64,000 nucleotides of DNA from Squalus acanthias (Eukaryota): the NCBI GenBank assembly GCA_030390025.1, contig CM059432.1:49416001-49480000 (forward strand), read 5' to 3'. Position numbers and translations under genes: made by a program. Position 1 is the first letter of the stretch, and each line of letters starts with the position of its first letter. This document shows, in pieces, positions 36,306-48,700 of the stretch. The notes under the pieces are model-generated. The model did no database searches, was not told the DNA's origin, and was given only the letters and a program-made list of their open reading frames with translations.

Positions 36306-39300
36306 GAAACATAGAAGATAGGAGCAGGAGTAGGCCATTCGGCCCCTCGAGCCTGAGCCGCCATTTAATGAGATCATGGCTGATCATCCAAATTCAGTAC
36401 CCTGTCCCTGCTTTCTCCCCATATCCCTTGATCCCTTTAGCCTTAAGAAATATATCTAACTCCTTCTTGAATATATTTAATGAATTGGCCTCTACTGCCT
36501 TCTGTGGTAGAGAATTCCACAGGTTCACCACTCTCTGGGTGAAGAAATTCCTCCTCATCTCAGTCCTAAATGGCTTACCCCTTATCCTTAGATTGTGACC
36601 CCTGGTTCTGGACTCCCCCGCCATCGGGAACATCTTTCCTGCATCTAGTCTGTCTAGTCCTGTTAGAATTTTATACGTTTCAATGAGATCCCCTCTCATT
36701 CTTCTAAACTCTAGCGAATATAAGCCTAATCGACCCAATCTCTCCTCATACGTCATTCCTGCCATCCCAGGTATCAGTCTGGTGAATCTTCACTGCACTC
36801 CCTCCATGGCAAGAACATCCTTCCTCAGATAAGGCGACCAAAACTGCACACAATACTCAAGGTGTGGTCTCACCAAGGCCTGGTACAACTGCAGCAAGAC
36901 ATCCTTGCTCCTGTACTCGAATCCGCTCGCTATGAAGGCCAACATACCATTTGCCTTCTTAACCACATGCTGAACCTGCATCCTTACCTTCAGCGACTGG
37001 TGCACAAGGACACTCAGGTCTCGTTGCACTTCCCCTTTTCCCAATCTATTGCCGTTCAGATATTAATCTGTCTTCCTGTTTTTGCCACCGAAGTGGATAA
37101 CCTCGCATTTATCCACATTATACTGCATTTGCCATGCATCTGCCCAATCACCCAACCTGTCCAAATCATACTGGAGTTTCTCTGCATCCTCCTCACAGCA
37201 CACACACCCACCCAGCTTTGTGTTGTCTGCAAACTTGGAGATATTACATCTAGTTCCCTCATCTAGATCATTTATATATATTGTGAATAGCTGGGGTCCT
37301 AGCACCGATCCCTGCGGTATCCCACTAGTCACTGCCTGCCACTCAGAAAAAGACCCGTTTATTCCAACTCTTTGCTTCCTGTCTGCCAACCAGTTCTCTA
37401 TCCAAGACAGTACCTTACCCCCAATCCCGTGTGCTTTAACTTTGCATGCTAATCTCTTATGCGGGACCTTATCGAAAGCCTTCTGAAAGTCCAAATACAC
37501 CACATCCACTGGTTCTCCCTTCTCTATTCTACCAGTTACATCCTCAAAAAATTCCAGTAGATTAGTCAAGCATGATTTACCTTTTGTAAATCCATGTTGA
37601 CTTTGTCCGATCCTGTCACTGTTTTCCAAGTGCTCTGCTATTACATCTTTTATAATGGACTCTAGCATTTTCCCCACTACCAATGTCAGGCTTACCGGTC
37701 TATAATTCCCCGTTTTCTCTCGACCACCTTTTTAAATAGTGGGGTTACATTAGCTATCCTCCAATCCATGGGAATTGTTCCAGAGTCTATAGAATTTTGG
37801 AAGATGACCAGCAATGCATCTACTATTTCTAGGGCCACTTCCTTAAGTACCCTAGGATGTAGATTATCAGGCCCTGGGGATTTATCGACCTTCAATCCCG
37901 TCAATTTCCCTAACACCATTTCCCTACAAATACTGATTTCATTCAGTTTCTCCCTCTCATTAGACCCTATGTTCCCCGACATCTCTGGGAGGTTATTTGT
38001 GTCCTCCTTTGTGAAGACAGAACCAAAGTATGTATTTAATTGGTCTGCCATTTCTTTGTTCCCCATTATAAATTCCCCTGATTCTGACTGCAAGGGACCT
38101 ACGCTTGACTTCACCAATCTTTTTCACTTCACATATCTATAGAAGCTTTTACAGTCAGTTTTTATGTTCCCTGCAAGCTTACTCTCATAATCTATTTTCC
38201 CCCTCTTAATTAATCCCTTTGTCCTCCTTTGCTGAATCCTAAACTGCTCCCAATCCTCAGGTTTGCTGCTTTTTCTGGCCAAATTATATGTCCTCTCCTT
38301 AGATCTTATGCTATCCCTAATTTCCCTTGTTAGCCACGGTTGAGTCACCTTTTTTGTTTTATTTTTATGCCAAACAGGGATGAACAAATTCTGTAGTTCA
38401 TCCATGCGATCTTTAAATGTTTGCCATTGTCTATCCACCGTCAACCCTTTAAGCAACGTTCCCCAATCCATCCTAACCAACTCGTGCCTCATACCATCGT
38501 AGTTTCCTTTATTTAAATTCAGGACCCTAGTCTCTGAGTCAACTACTTCACTCTCCATTTTAATGAAAAATTCTATCATATTATGATCGCTCCTCCCCAA
38601 GGGGCCTCGCACAACAAGATTGCTAATTAATCCTTTCTCATTGCATAATACCCAGTCTAAGATGGCCTGATCTCTAGTTGGTTCCTCAACATATTGGTTC
38701 AGGAAACCATCCCGTATGCACTCTAGGAATTCCTCCTCCACAGTATTGTTACTAATTTGGTTAGCCCAATCTACATGTAGATTAAAGTCACCCATGATAA
38801 CTGCAGTGCCCTTATTGCACGCATCTCTAATTTCCCGTTTAATGCCATCCCCAACCTCAGCATTACTGTTTGGGGGTCTGTATAGAACTCCCACTAACGT
38901 TTTCTGCCCCTTGGTATTTCTCAGCTCTACCCATACAGATTCCACATCATCAGAGCGAATATCCTTCCTTACAATTGTGTTAATCTCCTCTTTAACCAGC
39001 AATGCTATCCCACCTCCTTTTCCTTTTTTCCTGTCCTTCCTGAATATTGAATACCCCTGGATGTTGAATTCCCAGTCTTGGTCACTCTGGAGCCATGTCT
39101 CCGTAATCCCAATTATATCATATCCGTTTACATCTATTTGCACAGCTAATTCATCCACCTTATTACGAATGCTCCTCGCATTAAGACACAAAGTCTTCAG
39201 GCTTGATTTTTTAACACTCTTAGTCCTTTTAGAATTATTATTTACTGTGGCCCTGTTTGATTTACCCCCTTGATTTCTCTGCTTTCCACTTTTGCTTTTC

Positions 39301-39755
39301 TCCTTCCTGTCTTTTGTTTCTATCCTTGTTGCCCTTTCCTCTGTCTCCCTGCACAGGTTCCCAACCCCCTGCCATTTTAGTTTAACCCCTCCCCAACAGC
39401 ACTAGCAAACACTCCCCCTAGGACATCGGTTCCGGTCACGCCCAGGTGCAAACCGTCCAGTTTGTACTGGTCCCACCTCCCCCAGAACCGGTTCCAATGT
39501 CCCAGGAATTTGAATCCCTCCCCCTTGCACCATTCCTCTAGCCACGTATTCATCTGAAATATACTTCTATTTCTACTCTGACAAGCACATGGCACTGGTA
39601 GCAATCCTGAGATTACTACCTTTGAGGTCCTATTTTTTAATTTACCTCCTAACTCTCTATATTCAGCTTTTAGGACCTCATCCCGTTTTTTACCTATATC
39701 TTTGGTACCTATATGCACCACGACAACTGGCTGTTCACCCTCCCCCTCCAGAATG
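36306..39755 (-). mobile_element. CR1 LINE truncated within the ORF1 esterase; ORF2 APE-RT with few disruptions
   Basis: ORFs 39377-39721 (esterase HIGT.D...DGLHL), 38124-39191 (APE: LNARSI, ITETWL, YRPP, GDFN, SDH) and 37692-38117, 37063-37683, 36790-37044, 36394-36765 (RT). Confidence 0.96.
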
Positions 39756-39926
39756 GGAGCAGTTGCAAGTGGCAGAACTTTTGTTCCAAAGGTCTTTCAG
39801 CACTTTTAGCAGGCCTACAGAAGTCAGAGGTGCTGCAGCTTCTACCTCTCAACTGTGGGACCTTCTTGGAAGACCCTCTCCCAGCTTGGACTGAGCGCTT
39901 CCCCAACAGAGGCATCTGCCAGCAGC

Positions 39927-41139
39927 ATGGGAGCCATTTATTTCCTTTCTTCATGGACCTCAGATTCGGATGAGGAGCAGCCACGGCAGCAGCAGAACCA
40001 GGCAGCTCAGCAGCAACAGCAGCTGGAGCCCCAACCTGCTGCTCACCCACCTGATGCTTCACAGGGCAGAAGGCGCCAGCACATCGAGACACCTCACCGC
40101 AGGAGATACCCCCAACACAGGGTTTACAGACAGAGGATAACCTACCTCAACATGTGTGAGCAGCAGTGCCAAAGGAGGCTGAGACTTTCGCGAGAGGTTG
40201 TCGGAGACATCTGCGCACTGCTGCACCAACACCTGGAGCCCAGAGGAGCGGGTGGACACCCCTTACCAGTGGCTGTCAAAGTCACCACCGCACTCAACTT
40301 TTTTGCCTCAGGCTCCTTCCAGGGATCATCAGCAGACATCAGCGGCATCTCACAGTCGGCCGCCCACAGTTGCATCATGCAGGTTACCAATGCCCTTTTC
40401 GCAAAGGCCCACAATTACATCAAGCAAGTGTAACTGCACGTTCAGTTGGCTTTGCCAATATGGCAGGCTTGCCAATGGTGCAGGGCGTCATAGACTGCAC
40501 ACATGTGGCCCTTAGGGCACATCATTACAACCCAGCTATCTTTGTCAACCGCAAAGGCTTCCACTCTCTCAAAGTACAGCTGGTGTGTAACCACAAGAAG
40601 GGGATTTTGCATGTTTGCGCCAAGTTCTGTGGTAGTTGCTATGACTCGTTCATCCTGTGGAACTCTAGTGTTCCTCCGCTCTTCAATCTGCCAAACCAAC
40701 TTAACAGATGGCTCCTTGGTGACAAGGGCTACCCCCTTGAAGAAGTGGCTAATGATGCCGATCAGGAGGCCAGCTAACGAGGCTGAAGAGCGCTACACGC
40801 CAGCCACATTTCGACCAGGTCCATCATCGACAAACCATTGGCTTGTTGAAGATGCAATTCCGATGCCTTGACAGATCAGGTGAACCCCTGCAGTATTCAG
40901 CAGCCAGGGTCTCCAGAATGGTTGTGGTCTGCTGTGCGCTGCACAACATGGCACAGCGTCGTGGCTTGCAACTTCCTGATGAGCAAGTAGCTCAGTTCAT
41001 AGCCTCCTCAGAAGAGGATGAGGATGAGGAGCAGGAGGAGGACCGAGCACCGGCCTATCGGCCAGCAGCAGTGGCAGCACGCGAGCACATGGCTGCCCGT
41101 GATGGAAGGCATGCACTTATCCTGGCCAGATTTGCATAG
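39927..41139 (+). pseudogene. Harbinger (HARBI1-like) DDE transposase, frameshifted
   Basis: MGAIYF...RLRLSR...[10 protein letters not shown]...[41 protein letters not shown] and CCALHN. Confidence 0.94.
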
Positions 41140-41394
41140 GTTGCCCATGTTGGCACATGTCCTTGGCTCCATCTTAAGATATGATTGACAATGGACATGA
41201 CTCTCTGGCCTCCTTTCACTCTGGCCACAAACCTCACCATGCAAGTGTCGCAAAGCCCGCAATGTGGAGCTGCCTAAGGCGAAATATCAGATGCCATCAC
41301 GCCAACAATTTGCCATCAAATCATTTTTATACTTTCAAACAGGGATGGCATTTTGTCAATACACAAACATTCACCCAAGTGGCTACCCCTGTGA

Positions 41395-41750
41395 CTAATG
41401 GTGCTTTATTTTTCTCTTATGCGCGCTCCTACGTGGTGCTCCCCCTGTGGCTTCAGCAGAAGTGGAGGCATCTTGCTCACTTTCATGCTGCTCCTGCTTC
41501 AACACTTTTGGCAGGCATCCTCTGGGTTTATGAGCCTGTGAGGGCTCACCAAACATCTGCTCCTCCTGCGGCAGTGCAGGGGCTGAGACGCCCATCTCAG
41601 TTGGGTGGGGACTCTGGTGGGGCTCTGACTGAGGGCTACGCAGTGGCATGGAAGTGTGAGCGCTTGGAGAGGAGCCCCCACTTCCTTGTTGTCTGCCACC
41701 AACTTCCCTCTCATGGGTCAGGTCCACCTCAGTGCTTGCAATGGGCTTGA
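41395..41750 (-). pseudogene. C-terminal exon of the Harbinger Myb-like partner
   Basis: Ends ASTSAEATGGAPRRSAHKRKIKHH, homologous to 14260-14367, and converges on the transposase. Confidence 0.7.
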
Positions 41751-41834
41751 GCTGGTATTTATCTTGTTCTCAGAAATCCAAAGCAACCGATAGCTCATGA
41801 TAACTGAGCAGTTTAAAAAGGTTAACCTTGATCA

Positions 41835-41934
41835 TAAAGAAAAGACTGCCAGTATGTAAATTCTTATGGCACAACACAGTTCTACAGTGTCTAACTTGTT
41901 TACTTATCGTTGGACTTATCCATACCATTAGTAA
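41835..41934 (+). repeat. ~100-bp direct repeat, copy 2
   Basis: Matches 35247-35348. Confidence 0.9.
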
Positions 41935-42299
41935 GCCCTACTGTTGAAAGTCTGACTAGATGGTAAATGAAAATGAAACAAAAAGAAGTTATATAGAGTG
42001 AGATTAAAAGTTTTTTTTATGTGAAACACCAACTGGAAGAACAAAGATTTAAAAATATTTATCTTTTGTATGCGCTAAATTTCCCCATGAATTGTTCAAA
42101 CAATTTGACAATCTGTCCTTGAAAAGGTTTACAAAGTGTCAAATGTCCTTGCAAAACAAGTTTTGAAGCCTCTCAAGAGTTTATTATGCCACACACAGCA
42201 AGTCAGAATCAAAAGAAATTTCTGATCAGCATTCCACGTTCAAGCTATAAAAGGACCAACAGATTTGTTTTAACTCCTGTTATTGAGAATGGAGAAGCC

Positions 42300-43250
42300 A
42301 GTGGAGTGAGAGGACAGAAGAGAGCATTAGTGGGAGATCAGCCTTAGGAGTTCAGCTCTGAGGTACAGTTGGACAGGAGGTTTTTCCTCTATAATTAGTA
42401 CTTGTGTAAAGTGAGTAAGGTGATTCTTGAGAGATTTTTTTTGGTGGTAGTGAGAGCTCAGGTGGACACTATCTACATTTTTAAGTTAAACATGACGGGA
42501 TGATAGTGCAAGGAACCCCTGTGATGAGTGTGCAGTGCGATATGGATCGTGTATCCAGGGGCAGCACATTTGCACCAATGTTGAAAAATTGAGTCTCTGG
42601 GGCAGACCAGCAATTGGCCATACTTCAGAGCATCAGAGGGGATGAGAAATTTCTGGATCATATTCTCCAGATGTGTTCACCCAAGGGGCAGTACTGGGCA
42701 ATTCAGGACACAGAGATAATGTAGAAAAACAAGAGTGGGTGACCATCTGCAGGGATGGCAAAGAGAGGCAGTGCTCACAGGTGCAGGGAATCCGAGTTAC
42801 AAGAGCTGGCCAATAGATGTTGGAGGAGGATTTGGAACAATTGATAGAGATAATTATGGAAAAGGAATTGGTTCTGAAATTTTTAAAAAAACTTTAAGAT
42901 GATTTCACCAGGTCCAGATGGCATGCACTCCAGGCTGTTTTGATAGTGAATAAGGAAAATCTCCTCTGGTTAGGCAGTCAGTGACAAGGAGACATCAATT
43001 TAAAATTGTCGCTAAGATAAGAAAGGTTCGTAGGAATTTTGTTACACAGGTTGTTGGGAGCATGGAATGCTTTACCACAGGGAAAGGTTGATGCAGGAAC
43101 CATTGCTTCTTTTAAGGGAAACCTGGATAAATATTTGAAGCAGAGAAAAATACAGGGCTATGGGGAGAGCGCAGTGGGGTTAACTGTGGATTGCTCTAGT
43201 ATAAAGCCGGCACAGTAGGCCGAATAGTCTCCTTTTGTGCTATGGTTCTA
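42300..43250 (+). mobile_element. Old, heavily internally deleted CR1 (5'UTR, ORF1 N-terminus, short ORF2 piece, 3' tail)
   Basis: Decayed Cys-pair/W ORF1-like segment at about 42495-42810; an SPGPD-like tcaccaggtccagatggc at 42905; 3' tail homologous to 49550-49860. Confidence 0.55.
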
Positions 43251-43325
43251 CTCAACAACATCTGCCTTAGTGTTGTCAAATAGGAATGTAGATGGAGGAG
43301 TGAATGAAATTAAGCTTCTAAGGAT

Positions 43326-43696
43326 GAGCGGCGGCGGACCTGCGGGGAACCAGGCGGCGGCGGCGAGGTTTAAGAGGCGGCAGAGACCAGGTAGGCCTCA
43401 GAGCGGCGGCGGACCTGCGGGGAACCAGGCGGCGGCGGCGAGGTTTAAGAGGCGGCAGAGACCAGGTAGGCCTCAGAGCGGCGGCGGACCTGCGGGGAAC
43501 CAGGCGGCGGCGGCGAGGTTTAAGAGGTGGCAGAGACCAGGTAGGCCTCAGAGCGGCGGCGGACCTGCGGGGAACCAGGCGGCGGCGGCGAGGTTTAAGA
43601 GGCGGCAGAGACCAGGTAGGCCTCAGAGCGGCGGCGGACCTGCGGGGAACCAGGCGGCGGCGGCGAGGTTTAAGAGGCGGCAGAGACCAGGTAGGC
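43326..43696 (+). repeat. 75-bp GC-rich tandem repeat (about 5 copies) forming the CR1 5' end
   Basis: Units start at 43326, 43401, 43476, 43551 and 43626; only one substitution was seen among them. Confidence 0.97.
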
Positions 43697-43952
43697 GTAC
43701 CAATTTCCGAGCTCGGAGGGAGAGAAGTAAAAAGTAATCGAAGTGTGACGTCACCAGAAAGCAGGTAAGTGATTGGTTGGTGAGTATTTCTCTCTTTTTA
43801 AACTTAAACTCTGTGGTTTATAGTTTCTAAGCTCTCTGTGGTGTAGCGGGGACTGTTGGTAAACCAGGGCCCTTAAGTATATAATTTAACTGTAGTGCAA
43901 TTGGTGGGATTGATTTGTTTTAATTTAATTTGAATTAATTAAAGGGTAAGTC

Positions 43953-44902
43953 ATGGCAGGAGAGCTCGGCCCCGTGGTATGTTCCTCCTGTGCTATGTGG
44001 GAAATCAGGGACCCTTCCGGTGTCCTTGACAACCATGTGTGCGGGAAGTGTATCCAGCTACAGCTACTGGCAGACCGCATTACAGCGCTGGAGCTGCGAT
44101 TGGATGCGTATTGGAGCATTCGCGATGCTGAGAACCTCGTGAATAGCACGTTTAGCGAGTTGGTCACACCGCAGGCAAAGGGTGTACAGGCAGTTAGTAA
44201 ATGGGTGACCACCAGGCAGAGTAAGAGGTGCAGGCAAGTAGTGCAGGGGTCCCCTGTGGACATCCCCCTCTCAAACAGATATGCCACTTTGAATACTGTT
44301 GTGGGGGATGACTTATCAGGGGAAGGCAGGAGCAGCCAACTTCCTGGCACCATGGGTGGCTCTGCTGCACAGGCCGGGAGGAAAAAGAGTGGAAGAGCTA
44401 TAGTGATAGGGGACTCAATTGTAAGGGGAATAGATAGGCGTTTCTGCGGCCGCAACCGAGACTCCAGGATGGTGTGTTGCCTCCCTGGTGCAAGGGTCAA
44501 GGACGTCTCGGAGCGGCTACAGAACATTTTGGAGGGGGAGGGCGAACAGCCAGCTGTCGTGGTGCACATAGGCACCAACGATATAGGTAAAAAAGGGGAT
44601 GAGGTCCTAAAAGCAGAATATAGGGAGTTAGGAGGTAAATTAAAAATAGGACCTCAAAGGTAGTAATCTCAGGATTGCTACCAGTGCCACGTGCTAGTCA
44701 GAGTAGAAATAGGAGGATATTTCAAATGAATACGTGACTAGAGGAATGGTGCAAGGGGGAGGGATTCAAATTCCTGGGACATTGGAACCGGTTCTGGGGG
44801 AGGTGGGACCAGTACACACCGGACGGTCTGCACCTGGGCAGGGCCGGGACCGCTGTCCTAGGGGGAGTGTTTGCTAGTGCTGTTGGGGAGGGTTTAAACT
44901 GA
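43953..44902 (+). pseudogene. CR1 ORF1 (Cys-rich zinc finger, leucine zipper, SGNH esterase)
   Basis: CSSC..W...CGKC, a heptad leucine segment, GDSIVR, PGARV, HIGTND and DGLHL; frameshift near 44650 and an internal stop near 44735. Confidence 0.92.
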
Positions 44903-45616
44903 AGTGGCAGGGGGTTGGGCACCTGAGCAGGGAGACAGAGGAAAGCGTGTCAGGAAGGGACAGAAGGTATGGAGTAAAAGGTAAAGTGTTAAAAAAGGAA
45001 AAAGCAGGAACTAAGTGTCAAAAAACATATTTGAAAGTTCTTTATCTGAATGCACGTAGCATTCGTAACAAAATGGACGAGTTAACGGCACAAATAACTA
45101 CGTATGGGTATGATCTTGTGGCCATTACAGAAACATGGCTGCAGGGTGACAACGACTGGGAACTAAATATGCCAGGGTATTTAACAATCAGGAAGGACAG
45201 GCAGGAAGGAAGGGAGGTGGGGTGGCTATGTTAATAAAGGAAGGAATCACTAATACAGAGAAATGATATTGGGTCAAAGGATCAGGATAATGAAACAGTT
45301 TGGGTGGAGATAAGGAATAATGAGGGGAAAAAAACACTAGTGGGAGTAATATATAGGCCTCCTAATAGTTGCAACTCTGCTGGAAGAAGTATTAATCAGG
45401 AAATGGTTGGGGCATGTAATAAGGGAACAGCTATAATTATGGGGGATTTTAACTATCATATTAACTGGACAAATCAAATTGGGCAGGGCAGCCTTGAGGA
45501 AGAGTTTATTGAGTGTATTAGGGATGGATTTCTTGAGCAGTATGTAACTGATCCTACAAGGGGGCAAGCAACCTTGGACCTGGTCCTGTGTAATGAGTCA
45601 GGATTAATTAATAATG

Positions 45617-45751
45617 CGATAGCAAAATACTGCGGATGCTGGAAATCTGAAATAACAACAGAAAACGCTGGAAAAACTCAGCAGGCCAGGCAGCATCCGT
45701 GGAGAGAGAAAGAGAGTTAACGTTTCAGGTCGATGACCTTTCATCAGAACC
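45617..45751 (-). mobile_element. 135-bp Penelope-type pLTR insertion with a 14-bp TSD
   Basis: TSD attaattaataatg at 45603-45616 and 45752-45765; near-identical to 61622-61752. Confidence 0.9.
45715..45751 (-). ncRNA. Minimal type I hammerhead ribozyme
   Basis: The minus strand reads GGUU CUGAUGA A AGGUC AUC GACCU GAAA CG UU AACU: intact core, 5-bp stem II, palindromic ACGU stem III, stem I GGUU/AACU. Confidence 0.8.
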
Positions 45752-48700
45752 ATTAATTAATAATGTCCTAGTTAAGGATCCCCTTGGAATGAGTGACCAT
45801 AACATGGTTGAATTCCATATCCAATTAGAGGGTGAGAAGGTTGGTTCTCAAACAAGCGTACTGAGCTTGAATAAAGGAGACTATGATGGTATGAGAGCGG
45901 AATTGATTAAAGTGGACTGGGAAAATAGATTAAAGGGTAAGACGGTACATGAGCAGTGGTGTTCATTTAAGGAGTTATTTTACAACTTTCAAAAGAAATA
46001 TATTCCACTGAGGAAAAAAGGGTGTAAAAGAAATGACAGCCATCCGTGGCTAAGTAAAGAAATTAAGGATAGTATCCGACTAAAAACAAGGACATATAAG
46101 GTAGCCAAACTTAGTGGGAGGATAGAAGATTGGGAAGTTTTCAAAAGACAGCAAAAAGTAACTAAAGGATTGATTAAGAAAGGGAAGATAGATTATGAAA
46201 ATAAATTAGCAAAAAATATAAAAACAGATAGCAAGAGTTTCTATAGTTATATAAAAAGAAAAAGGGTGGCTAAGGCAAACGTAGGTCCCTTAGAGGATGA
46301 GACCGGGAAATTAATGGTGGGAAACATGGAGATGGCAAAAATGCTGAACAAATATTTTGTTTCAGTCTTTACGGTAGAGGACACTAAGAAAATCCCAACA
46401 CTGGACAAACAGGGGGCTCTAGGGGGGGAGGAGCTAAATACGATTAAAATCACTAAGGAATTAGTACTCAGTAAAATAATGGGACTCAAGGCGGATAAAT
46501 CCCCTGGACCTGATGGCTTACATCCTAGGGTCTTGAGGGAAGTGGCAGTAGGGATTGTGGATGCTTTGGTAATAATTTTCCAAAATTCCCTGGACTCAGC
46601 AAAGGTCCCAGCAGATTGGAAAACTGCTCATGTAACACCCTTATTTAAAAAGAGTAGTAGGCAGAAGGCTGGAAATTATAGACCAGTTAGCCTAACATCT
46701 GTGGTGGGTAAAATTTTGGAGTCTATTATTAAGGAGACAGTAACGGAACATTTAGATAAACATCATGTCTGACAAATTTGCTTGAGTTCTTTGAGGACAT
46801 AACGTACAGGGTGGATAAAGGGGAACCAATGGACGTAGTGTATTTAGACTTCCAGAAGGCATTCGACAAGGTGCCACATAAAAGATTATTGCTCAAGATA
46901 AAAAATCACTGGATTGGGGGTAATATTCTGGCATGGGTGGAGGATTGGTTATCTAACAGGAAGCAGAGAGTTGGGATAAATGGTTCATTCTCGGACTGGC
47001 AACCAGTAGCCAGTGGTGTTCCGCAGGGGTCGGTGCTGGGTCCCCAACTCTTTACAATCTATATTAACGATTTGGAGGAGGGGACCGAGTGTAACATATC
47101 AAAGTTTGCAGATGATACAAAGATGGGAGGGAAAGTAGAAAGTGAGGAGGACATAAAAAACCTACAAGGGGATATAGACAGGCTGGGTGAGTGGGCGGAG
47201 ATTTGGCAGATGCAATACAATATTGGAAAATGTGAGGTTATGCACTTTGGCAGGAAAAATCAGAGAGCAAGTTATTATCTTAATGGCGAGAAACTGGAAA
47301 GTACTGCAGTACAAAGGGATCTGGGGGTCCTCGTGCAAGAAAATCAAAAAGTTAGTATGCAGGTGCAGCAGGTGATCAAGAAGGCCAACGGAATGTTGGC
47401 TTTTATTGCTAGGGGGATAGATTATAAAAACAGGGAGGTATTGCTGCAGTTATATAAGGTATTGGTGAGACCGCACCTGGAATACTGCATACAGTTTTGG
47501 TGTCCATACTTAAGAAAAGACATACTTGCTCTCGAGGCAGTACAAAGAAGGTTCACTCGGTTAATCCCGGGGATGAGGGGGTGGACATATGAGGAGAGGT
47601 TGAGTAGATTGGGACTCTACTCATTGGAGTTCAGAAGAATGAGAGGCGATCTTATTGAAACATATAAGATTGTGAAGGGGCTTGATCGGGTGGATGCGGT
47701 AAGGATGTTCCCAAGGATGGGTGAAACCAGAACTAAGGGGCATAATCTTAGAATAAGGGGCTGCTCTTTCAAAACTGAGATGAGGAGAAACTTCTTCACT
47801 CAGAGGGTAGTAGGTCTGTGGAATTTGCTGCCCCAGGAAGCTGTGGAAGCTACATCATTAAATAAATTTAAAACAGAAATAGATAGTTTCCTAGAGGTAA
47901 AGGGAATTAGGGGTTACGGTGAGCAGGCAGGAAACTGGACATGAGGCTGAGTTCGGATCGGTCAGGGCCCTGTGGGTGGCGGAGCGGGCCCAGGGGCTGA
48001 GTAGCCGGGTCCTGCTCCTACTTCTTGTGTTCTTTAGATTTGAGGTTAGGATCAGATCAGCTATGATCTTATTGAATGGCAGAGCAGGCTCGAGGGGCCG
48101 ATTGGCCTACTCCTGCTCCTATTTCTTATGTTCTTATACTAAATTGCCATGGCCTTAAACTAGGTGAATACTTAAAATTCAGGAACTAAAAAAGACATTT
48201 TATATCTAATCGCAAGCACTTTCCACTAATAGGCAAGAGGAAAGATTTGTTCCAGCTAATTCTGAAAGAAGTCTAAGGAATATGTATATAAATCATTTGA
48301 AACACTTGTGCTAATATGTCCTTTTAAGAAAATTCCAAGCGCTGCGAAAAAGTCAAATTATTAATTCAGGACACAGTAATGGGCCTTTTTGCTGCCATTA
48401 TGCTGACTTCCAACCAGACTTCAAGTGGGTTGCTGTTGAAAAATGTGAGGACTCTAATAAAACTAAAAACAAGTCTGGAGGTCTATTTGTGGTTGTTAGA
48501 TTCTACAATTGTACAATTCTACAAGCTGATGAAACTTATTTAAGACTGCTTTTTGAGTTACTCTGGAAAACGACTTCATTGCTCTGTTAATGAATCTCTA
48601 TTTAATAAAGTCCATCAGCGCCATTCAATGCAGTGAATTATGCTCACAACTATGTGCAAATATATTATTCACTCCTGTTTAGTTATGTGCTAATTAAAGG

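Larger units (their letters stand above)
35967..41755 (+). mobile_element. PIF/Harbinger transposon carrying a CR1 insertion; right end (Myb N-terminus and TIR) missing
   Basis: Left terminus gggaggtgattttccca; CR1 at 36306-39755; transposase at 39927-41139; Myb C-terminus on the minus strand at 41395-41750. Confidence 0.85.
45030..47944 (+). pseudogene. CR1 ORF2 (APE endonuclease-reverse transcriptase)
   Basis: YLNARSI, ITETWL, YRPP, GDFN, SDH, SPGPDG, YLDFQKAFD, GVPQGSVLGP and KFADD; disrupted by a frameshift, an insertion and a deletion. Confidence 0.95.
43326..48137 (+). mobile_element. Near full-length young CR1 LINE
   Basis: Tandem-repeat 5'UTR, ORF1, ORF2 and a 3' ttcttatgttcttat tail; a few frameshifts, one nested insertion and a short deletion near 46765. 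Confidence 0.97.

Noticed and set aside
38716..39273. Long antisense ORFs over LINEs (also 37082-37486, 43925-44578 and others)
   Set aside because: These are shadow frames opposite LINE coding sequence.
39855..41139. Domesticated host HARBI1 gene
   Set aside because: It has multiple frameshifts, a TIR and Myb partner context, and several paralogous decayed copies, which indicates a transposon.
43237..43737. 166-aa ORF with a 25-aa repeat; possible CRISPR-like array
   Set aside because: It is the translation of a stop-free 75-bp tandem repeat in the CR1 5'UTR. There are no unique spacers and no cas genes.
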